Assembly (NCBI GenBank): GCA_030141605.1
Contig: JAQGDQ010000156.1
Coordinates: 62,001 to 126,000 of the forward strand
Length of the DNA: 64,000 nt
Direction: 5' to 3'
From: Tubiluchus corallicola
Lineage: Eukaryota; Animalia; Priapulida
Part shown: one piece after another, positions 40,167-55,100 of the stretch
How the letters are laid out: every line of letters begins with the position of its first letter
Position numbering within the stretch: the stretch's first letter is position 1
Notes under the pieces: model-generated
The model's input: the letters and a program-made list of their open reading frames with translations, nothing else
The model's database searches: none
What the model was told of the DNA's origin: nothing
Made by a program: the position numbers and the translations under genes

Positions 40167-43100
40167 AAATAATAATAATAATTACTAATTTATTGAATAT
40201 TTTTAATGCATTTTACATGATGATCAAATGCATCTTACAAATAAAAGATCATCAAAATTACTAGAAAATTAATCCATAAGATATTTAAGACAATGGCACA
40301 TTGATTTATTAAAAGTACATTGAATATGACAAAAAATTATGTCTTTCATTATATCTTTGAATTATATAATGTCCCGTAATGGCTTGACTTTGTTTCATTA
40401 TCATTTTATCTGGTAATATCTATTTTTTGAATTCACCTCAGTTAATATTAGTTTAACTTTCTAAATTGTTTTCAAGTTAAACAAACTTAACATTGCGGCT
40501 TAGGTGAAAATGCACAGCAGAATGTAGCCTTCAAAGGGAACATTGACACCAAGTACGTGCCAAGTGGTTAATTACTACCTGGTGGCTTGTACCAGCAGAC
40601 TTTTTACCTTGAAAAATTTAACAGCAACTCACAAAAGAAATAATGTTTTCATTGATTAGCAGTAATCTACAAGGGATTATGACATTCGATGTTGAATTTT
40701 TTTATACTTGTGAGCAGAACATTGAACAATGAACAATGAACAACAATGAACAATGAAGAAAATTAAATTCTTTAACAAATCGCAATTAGATACCATCAAA
40801 GTTTAAAGAACTGTTATAAATATGAATCATATAAATTTATAGAAACTGTCTCAGCATTTAGCTAAATATTTGCAGAATTAAAAATCGATTTGGTTGTTAA
40901 GAGTTGAGCTCTTAATTATAATGGAAATATTACACTTCTAAATATAAAATATATGTTTCTCGTGTCGTTTGTATGTATAGTTTTTAGAGCTGCAATAATG
41001 TTAATTAAACATTTTAAATATTTTTTGCCTTTAGTTTTTCTCGTAAATACTTTTTTGTGGGTTCATTTTAGACTGAACAGGTAAAGCAGAATTAAATTAA
41101 CTTAGCATCAATTCTGTATAAACGATTTATATAATCACTAGCGACTGCTTAGTTAGTTTTGTAGCTATAATAGCTTAAAATCACGAGGAGTTAAATTATG
41201 GAATTCGTCGCCAAAAGATACCTTTGAAGGTAGTTTATTTTCTGCTTCCAAAAAATACACAAAATTCTTACTAAATGAATATACCTGTAGTACATAACTT
41301 GTTAGACTAATAAGCAAGCTAGCAAGTTTTTTTTTCTTTTTTCTCCTCATCTACTAAGTAACTGTTGCTCTTTCTCATACTTACTTTTTCTCTTAAATTT
41401 TTCTATATTACACTTATTTGATACTTATTTTATCTCTCCATACTCTCAGTTTTTTAACTTTACTTACTAACCTTGGTCAAATTTCCTTGTTAATAAGACC
41501 CCTATTTGAAAATACTATATATAATAATCATAATTACTGATTAATTGTATTGTTTTGTTTAGATTTAGGTATCTAACGGTATTATTTTTTGTTTTCACTT
41601 CTTTTTTGATAAATTGTATCATTTATACTGTTTTTATTTTTATTTTTTCTTATTTGTTTTTGTTTTTGTTATCTGCAGCATCACCATTTATTTTTAATAT
41701 ACTAATCTATTTACAAGAAAGGGCAGGAGACTAGATGACCCTATTGTCCTTCCCTGCCCTGCTCCATGATAACAATTACGTAATATTTAAAAACTTTTTA
41801 TGTCAAACTAATTGGAGAAAATAAATGTTCTATGTTCTGCAAAAGTTGGCTTCCTTTTTACCGATTATGTTGAAATTTAACGCAAAATGCTTGGAGATGT
41901 TTGAAAACTAGCCTGTATGTTACCTCTTTTACCTCTTTTTACCATTGTTGATTGTGACACCTACAGTCTTTTTGTATGACTGTTTTCTTAGTGCACCGAG
42001 CATGTGGTAATGGCTTTATTATTCTCATTTCACACTCCCACCCTGGTTCTGTGTCTGTGATTGTATTAAGTGTGCTCTAAGCATTGCAGTGTGTGCAAGT
42101 TCTGTGTTGAAGGAAATGGCTGAAAAATTTCGAGATTCTGACAGGGTCATGCCTTGACCTAAAAGCTTTTTTGATCGTCTGCCCGATTGCAGTTTGTCGG
42201 TTTGTAAAAGCAAGATGGAGAGTAGGAATTTTAAGTCAGATTTAATGGCAGCTCGGGCCTCCAGTTCTGTTTCTGGCATTTGTCTTGGTAATCCTTGCGT
42301 GGAACATAAATGTTTCGTTTTATCGATATCAGATTTTGCTGCTAAATTTGTCCTCAGTCACCTTATTAAATTCAGTTCTGCGCTAATTAGATTTCATTTA
42401 AATAATTGTTAAAGTTAGTTAAAATTAAATAATTCGTCTTAGTTTGATATCAAGTTCTTACTGACATGCTTCCAACACCCTAAATAAATTTATTTGCTCC
42501 TGTAAACGCCAATCTCCTGGTTTTTGGGAATGAAAACGCGTACCTTTTATAGTGGAATGATCCACAGTTATTAAAAGTTTGTAACCAAACGTTATGGATT
42601 GTGTGATCAGGTAGTCACTGCATTGAACTTGTAACTCCAAGTTCCCTGGTTCAAATCTAGGTTTAGTCCTATTTTTTTATTTTTCCAATCGCTAATCAGT
42701 TCATGTCATATTTTAAGTAAGTCACTGTTCAAACAGTAGTTGGTTGGCATCAAAAAGTTTTTTAGCCTGGAAATCTGTGTCGTCTCGTCCATAATTTGCT
42801 CTGCTAGTACTGGCGCCTGCTGATATTTTTCAATTTTTTAACACCTAATTTGGGACGCTTTTAACTTTGACTTTTACTCACCTTTTGTTGTCCTCTTGTA
42901 CTAATTCGTTGCCCCATTGCCTCAAGTTGTGAATTTTTTCATTGTGTTTCAACGAGATGGCGTGTTTGTTCTGTAAATTTTGCACAAATGCCATAGAATG
43001 CTAAAAAAAGTCTTAACGAAAATGGTAGTAATTCTGCAGTCTGTTGCTAACATGCATTGTGAACTCACAAATACAAAAAAAAAATACAAAAAAATACTGA

Positions 43101-46100
43101 AAAAATGAAATAATGTAGGCAGAAGCGAAACCTAAAACTTGTAGTTGCAAGATTTTGGAGTTAGATCTTTGAGAATTACTTGTATGTATTAAGAAATCTT
43201 TGCAAATTCACATATAGTGTGAGTTCATTTTTTATTACGTAAAAATATTTTTAGTTAAAACACCGCTTTACTCAAAACTTTTAATTACATAGTTAAAAAT
43301 TATGCTCTACAAAGCTACTGCTGTCATCTTCAGTGGTAAATTTTACAAACATACAACCAGTTTATATAGGCAGTCTGCAGTGTACAATATTGTGCACTAA
43401 TTATGTATTTAACAGAAGCCAAGTGGTCTGCTTATTCATTTTAAATACATTTTTACTGTTCTTTTTTTGTAAACATATTTATTTAACAACTTTTGTGCCA
43501 CAGTGCTACATATATATATATAACTTCTAAATTTCATATTAAGTCAGTATGTTATAAATATCATACTTTTGCTACGTTTTTTATGTTTGCAAGTGACTGT
43601 TATGTGTTTTTCTTACTAGTCACAATTTTTTCAGGCAAGATGTTATTATGGTAATATACACTGTGAAAACCACCGACGCCGCTGGCCCGCTGAACACGCC
43701 CTCCGCACAGTCATACCAGGATCTAGACGGGCGTGTTTACACCGGCTTACCACCGTTAAGGCAAGTAATAATGCATGACTTCTGTTATTTTCACCTAGTC
43801 TAGGTATGACAGGTGTGTGAAAAAATGCCTCGCATGAGCACTAGGTCACAATTTGTGGAGAAAACACATCTGAATGAGCATAACACTTACTACGAATTGC
43901 TTTAAGTTGTTTCTGTGGCATTTGAAGGATGTAGGTTCACCTGGTTACACCTATTTAATTAAGCGTAAGGCAGGTGAAAGTAAATAGCTTACCTGCCTTG
44001 CTTCAAATTCTTCAAATGAGAAATTTCTTCTGCCTCAAAGAGTTTTGCATTATCAGATCAAGTAGTTTATTCGTTATAAAGCTTTCTATTGGAATGTACA
44101 AAAAAACATTAAATCATGGATTTTGTAGCTTGGGAACTTTGTGGTAGCAGTATTTCTTATTGTACACTATCCTTATTTTCTTGATGATCGCAAAATTAAT
44201 ACCAATTATCTATATATTTCAACACATTTACGTCCTAGCTATGTTCAACCACCTCTTTTGAATGCAGTTAGATTGACCACAAACAGGAGTTTTGTTTGTG
44301 AAAGGGAAAGCGTATATTGTCCGTGAGAGTATTGTGCCACAAAATACAACATTTTTCATATCAGAGTTACTATTCCGTGACATTTTTAACTGGCCAGTGA
44401 TGGTTCACACCACGCACTCTATATGGTTGATGACAATAGTGCCGAGAAAGGGTGTGAAAAAGCTCAACTACGATCCTGGCAACAAGAATCGAAATCGAGA
44501 ACATCAGAAAATTCAGATTAGTTTCTTTAGCTACCGTTTCGGCTAAAGTTTACAAATCCCCATACACAAGAAATCAGTTTGTGAAGCAGATAAGGATTAG
44601 GGTTAGGGTTAGAGTTGAGGTTGAGGTTAGGGTTAAGAATTGTAAACTCCTTTTCAGTTTCAAATGAAAATTTGTGTTTCATTGGCCGGTTATTGTTATA
44701 TTATGGCAAGTTTAAACTTTCTCAAAGATTAAACATTCTTGTACATTGCAATACTCATTTTTGATGCTGCTAACTGTGTTTTTAATGCATTAATTATGTT
44801 ATTGCAATTAACTGACTTTGGTGCCAATTTTTTTAGGTAATTTCTTTAAAATTGTATAGCCACTGTGCTGTGCTTTGCTTTTAACATTTCTTTACAAGGA
44901 AATTTAATGTATGTATCAAGTACATTTTTGTCTTATAGAGTGCTAGACTCTTATGATGTGTATATAACCTGGCCGTGGACGAGCTCTCTAGATAATGTAC
45001 AGCTTGAAAACACTCTCAATGATGCTTGGATTAAAGCCAATCCCGGTGAGTGGTAAAACCTCTTACAAAGTTGTTATCAAGTTTGCTAGTAACTCACTTT
45101 CGTAGTGAGTAAACCCTGATTTACTTCTCACCTTCGTAGTGAGTAAACCCTGATTTACTTTTCACCTTTGTAGTGAGTAAACCCTGATTTACTGCTCACC
45201 TTAGTAGTGAGTAAACCCTAATTTACTTTTCACCTTTGTGGTGAGTAAACGTTGATTTACTTCTCACCTTCGTAGAGAGTAAACCCTGATTTAGGGTTAT
45301 CAAAATAGGAGGTTCTTCGCACAGAATTCTATGTGAAGTTCATATTTGAAACTATTTTCATTATTTGCTTTCATTATTGATTCATGATAGTGTCTAGTTT
45401 TTATTACTGGATTAATGCTGTGTTTATTCTGCCTGCCCAATGTCTGCAACAGACGTGATGATGATGATGATGATGATGATGACGATTAGTGATTCCGGTA
45501 ACGAATTCCACATAATCACTACAGCTTGTGAAAAACTATGCCTATACTTTCAGTGTTGACCCTATGCTTAAGCAATTTAATGCTGAGCTCATGTGTGATG
45601 CTTCTATTTGAGAGTAAAAACTGATTTGCATTAACGTCAGACTATGCTATGTAATGATGTCATCAGATCAGACTAGCACGCTTAATGACAAATCGTTAAC
45701 TTTCTGTTTGTAGTGTAAAATTTGTTTTCATAAGCATTTATTTATGAGCGATTTATTTATTAATTTTTGGTGCAAATGTACATATTTCACTGTATTTAAA
45801 ATTGAAGCTTTGGAAGAGCGGCTTATCGAATGTTGATTGAGGTTAGTTTGCAAAGGCTTTTGGTTCAACCTTCTAAGAGTGTTTCTGAAGTGACTTTCTT
45901 TTGTTACTAATATGTTACCAGTTGAGTAAGGAAAGACAAATTCCTTGTCTTGTACTGTTACAACTGTGTGTGCTTACACTTTCAGTTTGTACTGTTCTTT
46001 GCTGATCATTTTTTCTAATTTAGAACTTCGTGGTTGTATCGATTGCTTGAGATTTGAAGTGCAGAGGATTGAACCATACCTTGGAGACAGCGGGTAAGGA

Positions 46101-49100
46101 TAACGCAAATTATACTTCTAACACAAATCTTAGTTTGAATATCGCAAACAGGTTTACTAAATTTCATAGCTGGATAGAGAATAAAGTTTGGTCTGTTCTT
46201 TTTGTGTCTTTTCAATCCTATGATTATGGTGCCTGTTTTATTGACTATTTCAGGGAGCAAGTTTTACAGATTCGGTATTTTGTCTTCCTAAATGGAGATC
46301 TTGTAACTCAAAACTCAGATTTATTACGCGAACCAACAAAGGAGCAACATCAGTATTTTGGTATGAGACAATGTACTAATAATACATTTCTTATATGATT
46401 CTGTTTTTAGGCTACTGTAATGTGATTTTTCGGTATGAAAAATTAAATAAGGACGTTGATTGCTCAACTTCCTACTCTATGTGTTAAGAATACAAAATCT
46501 TGACAGTCAGTAAATGTTGTTTTTCATAAGCCTCTATTTTATTTTAGACATTGTTTTGTCATTAATTGTAATTGGGTGTAGGTTTGTGGAAGAAACTACT
46601 TTTGCTTGTCTTTTTATTTTTGTGTGATTTATACAGGAAATTTCTCAAATTATTGTAATCATTCCGCAATATCTAATTGAATATATTTATGTCATTACAT
46701 CTCGATGGATGATAATCATTTGCATTTTTAGAGGCCGGTTTATTGTATGATGGGCTCACATATCGGAGATACGCGTATCGCTTTCCGCTGTACATTAAAG
46801 GGACTGTTTATGAAGTTGATTTTACACGCATGCGTGATGCACTGCAGCAAGTGTGGTCTCGGACGCTACCCGACGAGAACCTAACAATCGACCTCTCTCC
46901 ATCTCACATTGAATTTGTAGACAGTAATGGGTGAGTTTTTTGTTTAAAATTAGGTTTAAAAAAGACTCGGTGTAAGTGAGTCAGTATTTTTTAAAATGTG
47001 AAAGCAGCTTAAGATAGTGTAGTTTTGTGTTACTCAGTAACACGTCTGAAGGCTGGGGGGATACAATTTTTTTCACTACTTTATCACAAGCGGAATGTTA
47101 ATTAATTAGATATCTCCTTTCCTTCTTTTAACAGGGCCGGATATGACCTTTTGGGACCTGTAGGCTAATGAAATTGTGGGGTAGCCTGAGACGGAGCATC
47201 CCCTAACTCGCCCGCACTCCTGTTGAATATTTTTTCCTTGTGATGTATTTTAGCGATATTTATATAGCTTGAAAGTAAACTTATTGCAAATTCCTTAAAT
47301 AAACTAGAATAGCTATCTTTTGTTTCTCAATAAAATATTGTTTAAGAAATACCGCTATTCTACTATTTATTGCAAATCAATTTAGCACATATTTTAACAC
47401 TGCTGTAAAACTGATCTGTTACCAAATGTTGCCAAAACTTGAGAGGCTCTAGGTTGCAGCCTATACTAGCCTAAAAGATAATCTGGCGCTGCCTTTTATT
47501 TTCATTCGAAGTACTGCATTGTGTTCAATAGGTATAGCAGATGAGGTACCATGTAGGAATTACTATTTCTGCTTTCTCTTTTAACTCACTCAGATGAAAT
47601 TTGTGTTTTTCTTTGCTCTCGTGTTTCGTAGGCCTGTAATGATACATCGACGAATCTTATGTATCTTGATATCTTTTATTGCGATATGCAATGCACTCTT
47701 ATCCTTATTACTGGTGTCAATGATATTTAGCAAGTTATGCTTGTGCTTGACCATATGCCGATAAAAACAATGTGAAGTAATTCAAGTTGCAGCTGCGGCG
47801 TGTACTGTAGATACATAACAATTCCTCATGTACTTAACATAGGCACTGATATGCAATGCACTTTTATCCTTATAACTGGTGTCAATGACATTTAGCAAGT
47901 TAAGCTTGTGCTTGACCGTATGCTGATAAAAACGATGTGAATGTAATTCAAAATGCAATGTGTTTAATCTTGTGAAATGACAAGAGCTAATCAGAAAATG
48001 CACTAGCAACTATTAAACCTAAAGTATTGATATTGGTTTTCCTTTTCTGGTGGCTTACAATGCAAACAGTAGCTTACACATTACACAAGTACTAAATGAA
48101 TATGAAACAGCTTGTCGAATTTTAGCATTTAGCAATTCTAAAACTGTTAATTGATAAAATATGTTTAGCATTTTTTATTGACGGCATCATCTAGTTTTTT
48201 TATAAACCCTGCAAACATTAACTCAGGCGTATCGTGATACTTATTGCATCATGAGGTTAGAATCGTGACTCAGATGTATCGTTACAACTCTAGTGTTTTT
48301 CTTCATTTTAATTATTTGTCATCAGTTTCATTTCTTTTTTTAATATCTTTAGTTTCTTTCTTTGCATTATTTATGTTTAGCTGATACAAAAATTATTTCA
48401 CATTGCAGGATGGTCTTTACGCAAATGGTCTACTTCCTTAATATATCGGACGTTACTTGGCCAGCAAGCCTAATTAACACGAAACCTAGTTCGGACGAAA
48501 TCAATCGTGCGATTAGAAGCATTATTCGTCCTGTAGATGGCACACCGTACATGACGGTAAAAGAAATTGGAGATGCAGTAGCGAATCATTGGCTTTTCCC
48601 GGTTTTCGTTGTAACACATTCATCGGTTGATATGCAAATCCTACGGGCAGCTTTACGAAGACAATGGGCTATTCAACACCAAAGTAATTAAGTTAAATTG
48701 TAATAGAGATTAGAAGATGGTTCATTAGCAAGTTTGTTTTGCAATTTTTTATACCGGTGCTTGTAAAATTATCTGGTGCATCTTCATCAGAATTAAATTG
48801 TACAGTAAATTTCGCGTAACTCGAATTCAACCGGACAGAAAAAAAACTTTTGAGTTAGGCAATGTTGACCGTTTTCCAGCATAGAAACTCTACACCTCTC
48901 CACCAGACGGCCAGCTAAATAGAAGGCAGAAAATCAGCCCTTCTATACATAAACGACGAGATTTGATGACAATTACATAAAGAATAACAAATTATGTAGC
49001 AAAACACCCTTTTTTTATGTTACAAAGGGACACGGAAAGATCAATCTCAGAAAAATTAATCGGGGAGGGGGGCTTGATTTGTAAGACATCAGAATTTTCA

Positions 49101-52100
49101 TGGAAGACGATATTGTTTTCAGGTGTACAAAACTTTTTCTAGAGTATAAATTGCATTTTTTGAGTTATGGGAAATAAATTACATGTATTTTGATTAAATG
49201 GGCCATAATTTTTTATTTGAGTTAGACGAAATTTTGAGTTAAGCGATGTTTTTTTTGTGGGAAAAACGAAGAATTTTATCTGTTCTGCTGCAATTCTTTG
49301 AGTTAGGTGAAAATTTGAGTTATGCAATTTTGAGTTACGCGGAGTTTACTGTAATTACATATCATGTAATTAAGTAAGAGTTTTTTTTACATTTAATACT
49401 ATTCTTTTTTCTCACATTTACCATCTGTGAACTCATTGTTTGATTTTTAGCAACTGTATAAAAATGTAAACTTGTTTTTTTGTTGTTTTGTAGGTCCTTT
49501 TGAAATTCGAATGATGTCTGTTGAACCAGGTGTGGCTAAATTTGGGTAAGATATTTTCCGCAATTATTGTTTTAGAAAGTCATTTAGCCTATTTTGTGTT
49601 TAAATAAACAGATATATTTCCTAAGCTCTGTAATAATTGTAATAATAACTTTCTTTTTGGCAAAAATTTTTCAAATTCGCTTGTGCGACTAGGGATTTAG
49701 AAAGATTTACAGATTACCGTGTCAAAGCCATATTAAGCGTTTTATTGATTTGTACACCCAATCAGGTCTCTTGGACGTCTTGGAATATTTGGTGATTTGT
49801 TTCAGTAATTTGCACTGTGCCAGTTTCTTAGTCTACATTTTATTTTTACTTTTTCAATTGTTTTTATTTCTATCAATAATGTTTTCTTAATCTTTCAGGT
49901 TACCTATAACAATAGTTTACTATGCAGTTTATCAGAATGGAAGACTTGAAATTCCAGACACACGTTCTGCACCGCGTGTTAAGCAACTGCAAAATGAATT
50001 GGATGGCATATATAAGTAAGAACGCATTTTCAATTTAACTGTGTATGATATCTTGATTTAGCTACTGTGTTCTGAAAACTGTTTATTGTAATGCAAATGG
50101 GTAATTAATCAACCTCAGCAAATTGTGATTCGTGGTGTATTGATTTATTTGAGTCTTAGTTTCAAGCTGGTAGCAGTCGGTAGTTGTCGACTTTACAACC
50201 CAATCACACCTTAATTAATTAATTATATAAAACTAATAGTAGCTCATATTTCCTTCTTTTTTAAGCAAATTTATTTTATATCGCCATAAGTTTCGATAAA
50301 TTAATCCATATGCGCTGCCATACTTAGCATGACTGTAACAAACGTACAACATCTTATGCGTAGAGGTGCACCACTTGAACATACGGGTTGGACTTGCTTC
50401 CAAACTTTCTAACGATCAATTCGCCAGAACCATATTTGTGGTCGTAAGTCGACGACTACCAGTATCAGTATTTATGTTAAGGATATTAAAAAGTTTGAAA
50501 CTCCTTTTACTAAGCCTGAAATTGCACCTTTGATGCATCTAATGCCGATATTTTGCATATAATTTCATAGTTCCAGGATGACATTGCAACATTTGTTCCG
50601 ACAACTAAATCATATGCATACTTTTCTAGATTGTACGATGGCGATGATGTTGAAAGACTGGTGCAATCGTATGATCTTTACATTCGTGGAAATCCGCAAG
50701 ATGTATTTGAAAAACGAGCAGACTTGGTGAATGCTGTTGAGAAAGCTTGGTCTTGTAAGTTACTAGTACTGTAGTTTTATTTGTGTTATTTTGTCTTGTT
50801 GTGTTAGCAGAGCTCTCAAGACTAATAACCACTACTAGTAGTTTTATTTGTGTTATTTTGTCTTGTTGTGTTAGCAGAGCTTTCAAACTAATAAAGGCTG
50901 ATAAAATCCTTGAAATGTGGAAATTAATACAGGACTTCTTATTAAGCTTGTTGTTGTCATTCTAGATTATAGGAGCACAAGAATTTTACATTGGCATTGA
51001 GTAGCCGTATATTTTCACTCACATTTTTTGCCATTCAAGTTTTGGTGAGGAGTTATGGAACCAGTCTCTACAAGTTAAAAGCGATAACTACTTCTGTCGT
51101 TACCCTAAGCTGGTGTGCGACTTGCTTGTGGCAGTAGCTATAAAAACTAATACTGTATTACGTTGTGAACAGTCAGCCCTGGATTAACCATTAAACAAAA
51201 ATAAGCACATAGTTGGGGCCTCAGGAGAAGAGGGGCTCGCACAGTGTTTTTTCAATTTGAATATTTACACTATAGTAAGATATACTGGAATATGTGTGGC
51301 AGTTTTTGTAATAAACAATATGACGGTACGGACCTAAGCTGTTCACTGCCTATATGATGACAATGATTTCTTATATAATGTGTCATAATATAAATTAAGA
51401 ACTTATAAGAACATATAAATAAGAACGTGCTTATAAGAACGTGGTGATACTGAAAACAGGATAATGTTGCTGTTGACTGCATGTAGTTTGTCACATGGTA
51501 GAGATGATGACTGGATGACTATTGTAAATAAATCTTACTGTACATTTTTTCATTTTGAAAGATAACATTTTATTCTACAGCTTAATGTTGTTTTTATTCT
51601 AAATTACACCTCTTTGGGGTACAATAATCTTTTCAGTGCTAAAGGCCTCTTGAGATTTTAATCCGACCTGTGGATAATACATATACGGGTACGAATATAA
51701 TGAATTGTAAATTAAAGTAGTCGTTTTGATTGCAGTGTATTTTCCCAATTCTGATGTTGAAGTTGATGTGCAAAGATATGAACCATATGTCACAAGATCC
51801 GGGTAAGTGTCAAACCTTATCAAATTTATTAAAAGTGGAATCAAAAACCATAGTACATGACCTGAAGACAACTGTCTTTGTTTTATTTCAGCATTGAACA
51901 AACCCGAGTTGTGTACTTTCTAATGGTGAATGACTCATTAGTTGACTCAAGAATCGTACTACAGCCCAAGAATCGGTTTTTCGCCGATTTCTTAAATGGA
52001 GTTAACTTATCCGGCTGCTTTAACTGTCAACTGAGGAAGCAGCGCGAAATTTACATCAAGAACACAGCTGGACTTGAGCCGGACATGCTTCTGGAACTTC

Positions 52101-55100
52101 AAGGCTCCCTAGCAGAAGCTTGGGATTTATCTGATCCTGGTAAGTGAATACCGTGATCCCTAAAAAATTTTGTGCAACCTTTTTATTTTAGATAAAACAT
52201 TCAGGCGTCTATTTTCCTTACACTGTTAGAATATGTGATAATGATTTTTTTGCTAAATATTTTTCCTGTCTAAACTGCTGTACCAGAATTATGCTTTAAT
52301 AATCTACAGCACAGCAAAATAACAAAGTAAAGCAGTTCTTCTCTGCTCTTAATTTTTTCATGTTTACTGTAAACAATTTCTATTGTGCGTAGAATGTCAG
52401 TGTTATTAATCCTTTGTTATTGATGAATTTATTCCAGCATCAGTCGATTTGAAAGATCCAGAATACAACTACCTGACAAAAGATTAGTAAGTTTTTGTGC
52501 TTTTGTTCTATTTAATTTCATGAATTTCAGTAGCTTTTCTTTCCTTCAAAACGTTAAAATCTTTGTGTAATGAAAATCCATAAAGATGTTTTAAGACTAT
52601 GCTAATGATAATATAATAACAATATGATATGCTTCTATATGATATTTATTTTTCCGATAATTATTGCTGTTTTGTTAGCGTTAATGTTAATGCAGAAGTT
52701 TTATTAATGCAGAAGATTAAGCATTATCGCTTTCATGTCAAATTTAACAACTTTCAAAAAACTATATCACTTATCTAGTGTATATTAAATTCATACTGCA
52801 AGACACCTGCAACTCCAGATAATTATTATTTAAGAAGTAGATGCTCATTACAGTATCATTATTGTTCATAAATTTCCATTTTTCTGATTTTCGTTTTTAG
52901 TATAAAATTGTCTCATTAAGTTGTAAGTATCTACATTTTTTAAAAAACTGGCTATAATTTATAACAAACCAATGAATCTAAAGACTAACTGTCATCATCA
53001 GTCATCTGAAAGGTTCAATTGTAGTGTTGCGTAGTTGATTAGAAATGCATTTGTGATTTTTTTTTAGTGAGGACGTTGCAAAAGTTCCATACATCTTGAC
53101 TGTTGACGAGAATGATCCCAACAGATACCTGACGCCAACAAATTTAAAAGAAATATTATCAAATGACGGTAAGCGCCTGCGTATTTCATGTAGACACCAC
53201 AAATTGCAATATATCTGAGTGTTATATTTATCAGCAAGTTGTAACTTTGTATCGTTTACTGTTTTGATTTCAGACCGACGTCTGTCGTAATATCTTCGTT
53301 CTGTGATAACCTTTGGTTCCGCTTCTGAACCACTCAGCCACTATGCTTTTCACGATCCATTCTGGGTTCGAATCCCACTCTTCTTTTCTAAGTTTCTACA
53401 AAAATTCTGGCTGCCTTTCTGTGCCCATTTAGCCTTAATGGAGCACTTACTTATGTACTAGGTGAAAAAGACAGCCAAGCAGTAGGCCTAGTGTGCCTAG
53501 ACTTCACAAGTAGATGTTGTAACCATCTGTACCTGCACTACACCATCTTCCTGTTTTATCTTCTTCTTCTTCTTACCAGCTTTTCCCTATGCGGGGTCGC
53601 CGTTGTGAATGAGTCTTCTCCACGCATTCCTGTTGTTGACCATCTCTTCATTTATGTTCTTCTCTCTAAGGTCTCCATTAATACATTCAATCCATCTCCG
53701 CTTGGGTCGTCCTCTTCTTCTATTTCCCAGCACTTCCATTTCCATGACCTCCCTTCCCACATGATCTTCACCGACTCTTCTTTTCAGGTGTCCACACCAT
53801 CGCAATCTTGCGAGGCTTTCACTGCTTTTACTGTTCCTCTGATATTATTATTTCTAATTTTATCTGTTCTTGTTATTCCCACCATTCATCTCAACATCCT
53901 CATCTCCACCACATCCATTTTCTTCTCTTCGGTCTTCTTTAGAGAAGCTGCTTCCACTTTGTGGAGACTCATTCATAGAAGGTTTTGGCGCAGTTTTTAC
54001 AGGCGGATGCCCTTCCTGACCCTAACCCTCCCTATTTATCCGGGCTTGGGACCGGCACTGAGTTGGACTGGCTTGCCCTCCCCCCCCCCCCCCAGTGGCT
54101 AGGTTCCCATCTTCCTGTTCTATAATTACCTTTAATTAAGCGATGTATAGTTGTAATAATCAGAGTTTGTTTCTTTCGTCATCATTTATTGATATGATTC
54201 TTATTTTGCTTTGTATAGGTTTTGAAGTTTGTGATGGACTAATAGACTGTGAAGTTCAGGAAATGTTTATGCTGAGTGTTGATGCTTCAGCTCAAGATGC
54301 TGAGGCTGAGGAATTAAATGATGCTATGCAAAATGCCTGGGAAAATAGTAAGTGTTTTCCCTTTAGGCTGCTAAATTATAAGTAATTTACTGATGAAATT
54401 AGTTTAAACAGTTTAGATAGAGTTGTTTAACGAGAAAGCATTATTTTTAATTTGATTCATGTGTGTTTATTTACTTGCCTAGGTGTGCTGGAAAGAGGCG
54501 TACCTGTGCAGGTGCAATTCTATGACAAAGTACCTGGATTAATCAGCTCTGATGGGTATGACATAATAAATCACTTGATCCTCATATGCTTAGATAAAAT
54601 ATATTAATCAACTTTCTATATAATTTAAATTTAAGTGTGTTGCATATCACAAGGTAATATTGTGTGGAAGGTGAAAAGAGCAGGCGTATGCGCTTCTTTT
54701 TTTTGTTTATGTTTAATGATTTTCAATTTTTTATTACAGAATGTGACTTGTGATCTTGTCATTGTTTTACAATTATGAATTGAACATGAGAATTTGCACA
54801 AATAGTGCTGCCGCCATGCAGCAGAAATTACAAAAACTGACGGAGCCCATGTAATTAATACTTACTCGTTAACACAGTTTATGGTTTAATGGTTGCGTTT
54901 TCATTTTCATAGAGAGTTTGTTGACCGGTATAGCTACTTTGTCACGGTGGACGACTATGACTCTCACTTACTTCATGTCTGGCCGCCTACAAAGACGCAA
55001 GTTGGTGCTGCGCTAGCGCCAACTGGTGTCCAAGTATGTGACAGCTGTGATGATGTGTTTTCTGCTTTTTACGTGCCTATACTTGGTGCTGCAAGACTCG

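Noticed and set aside
40400-42450. Possible decayed LINE ORF1 region on the minus strand
   Set aside because: Only compositional hints; no diagnostic motif I can support.
45093-45292. 34-bp repeats as a CRISPR array
   Set aside because: No spacers, no cas genes, intronic.
53491-54102. 203-aa plus-strand ORF
   Set aside because: Antisense reading of the RTE-derived element.
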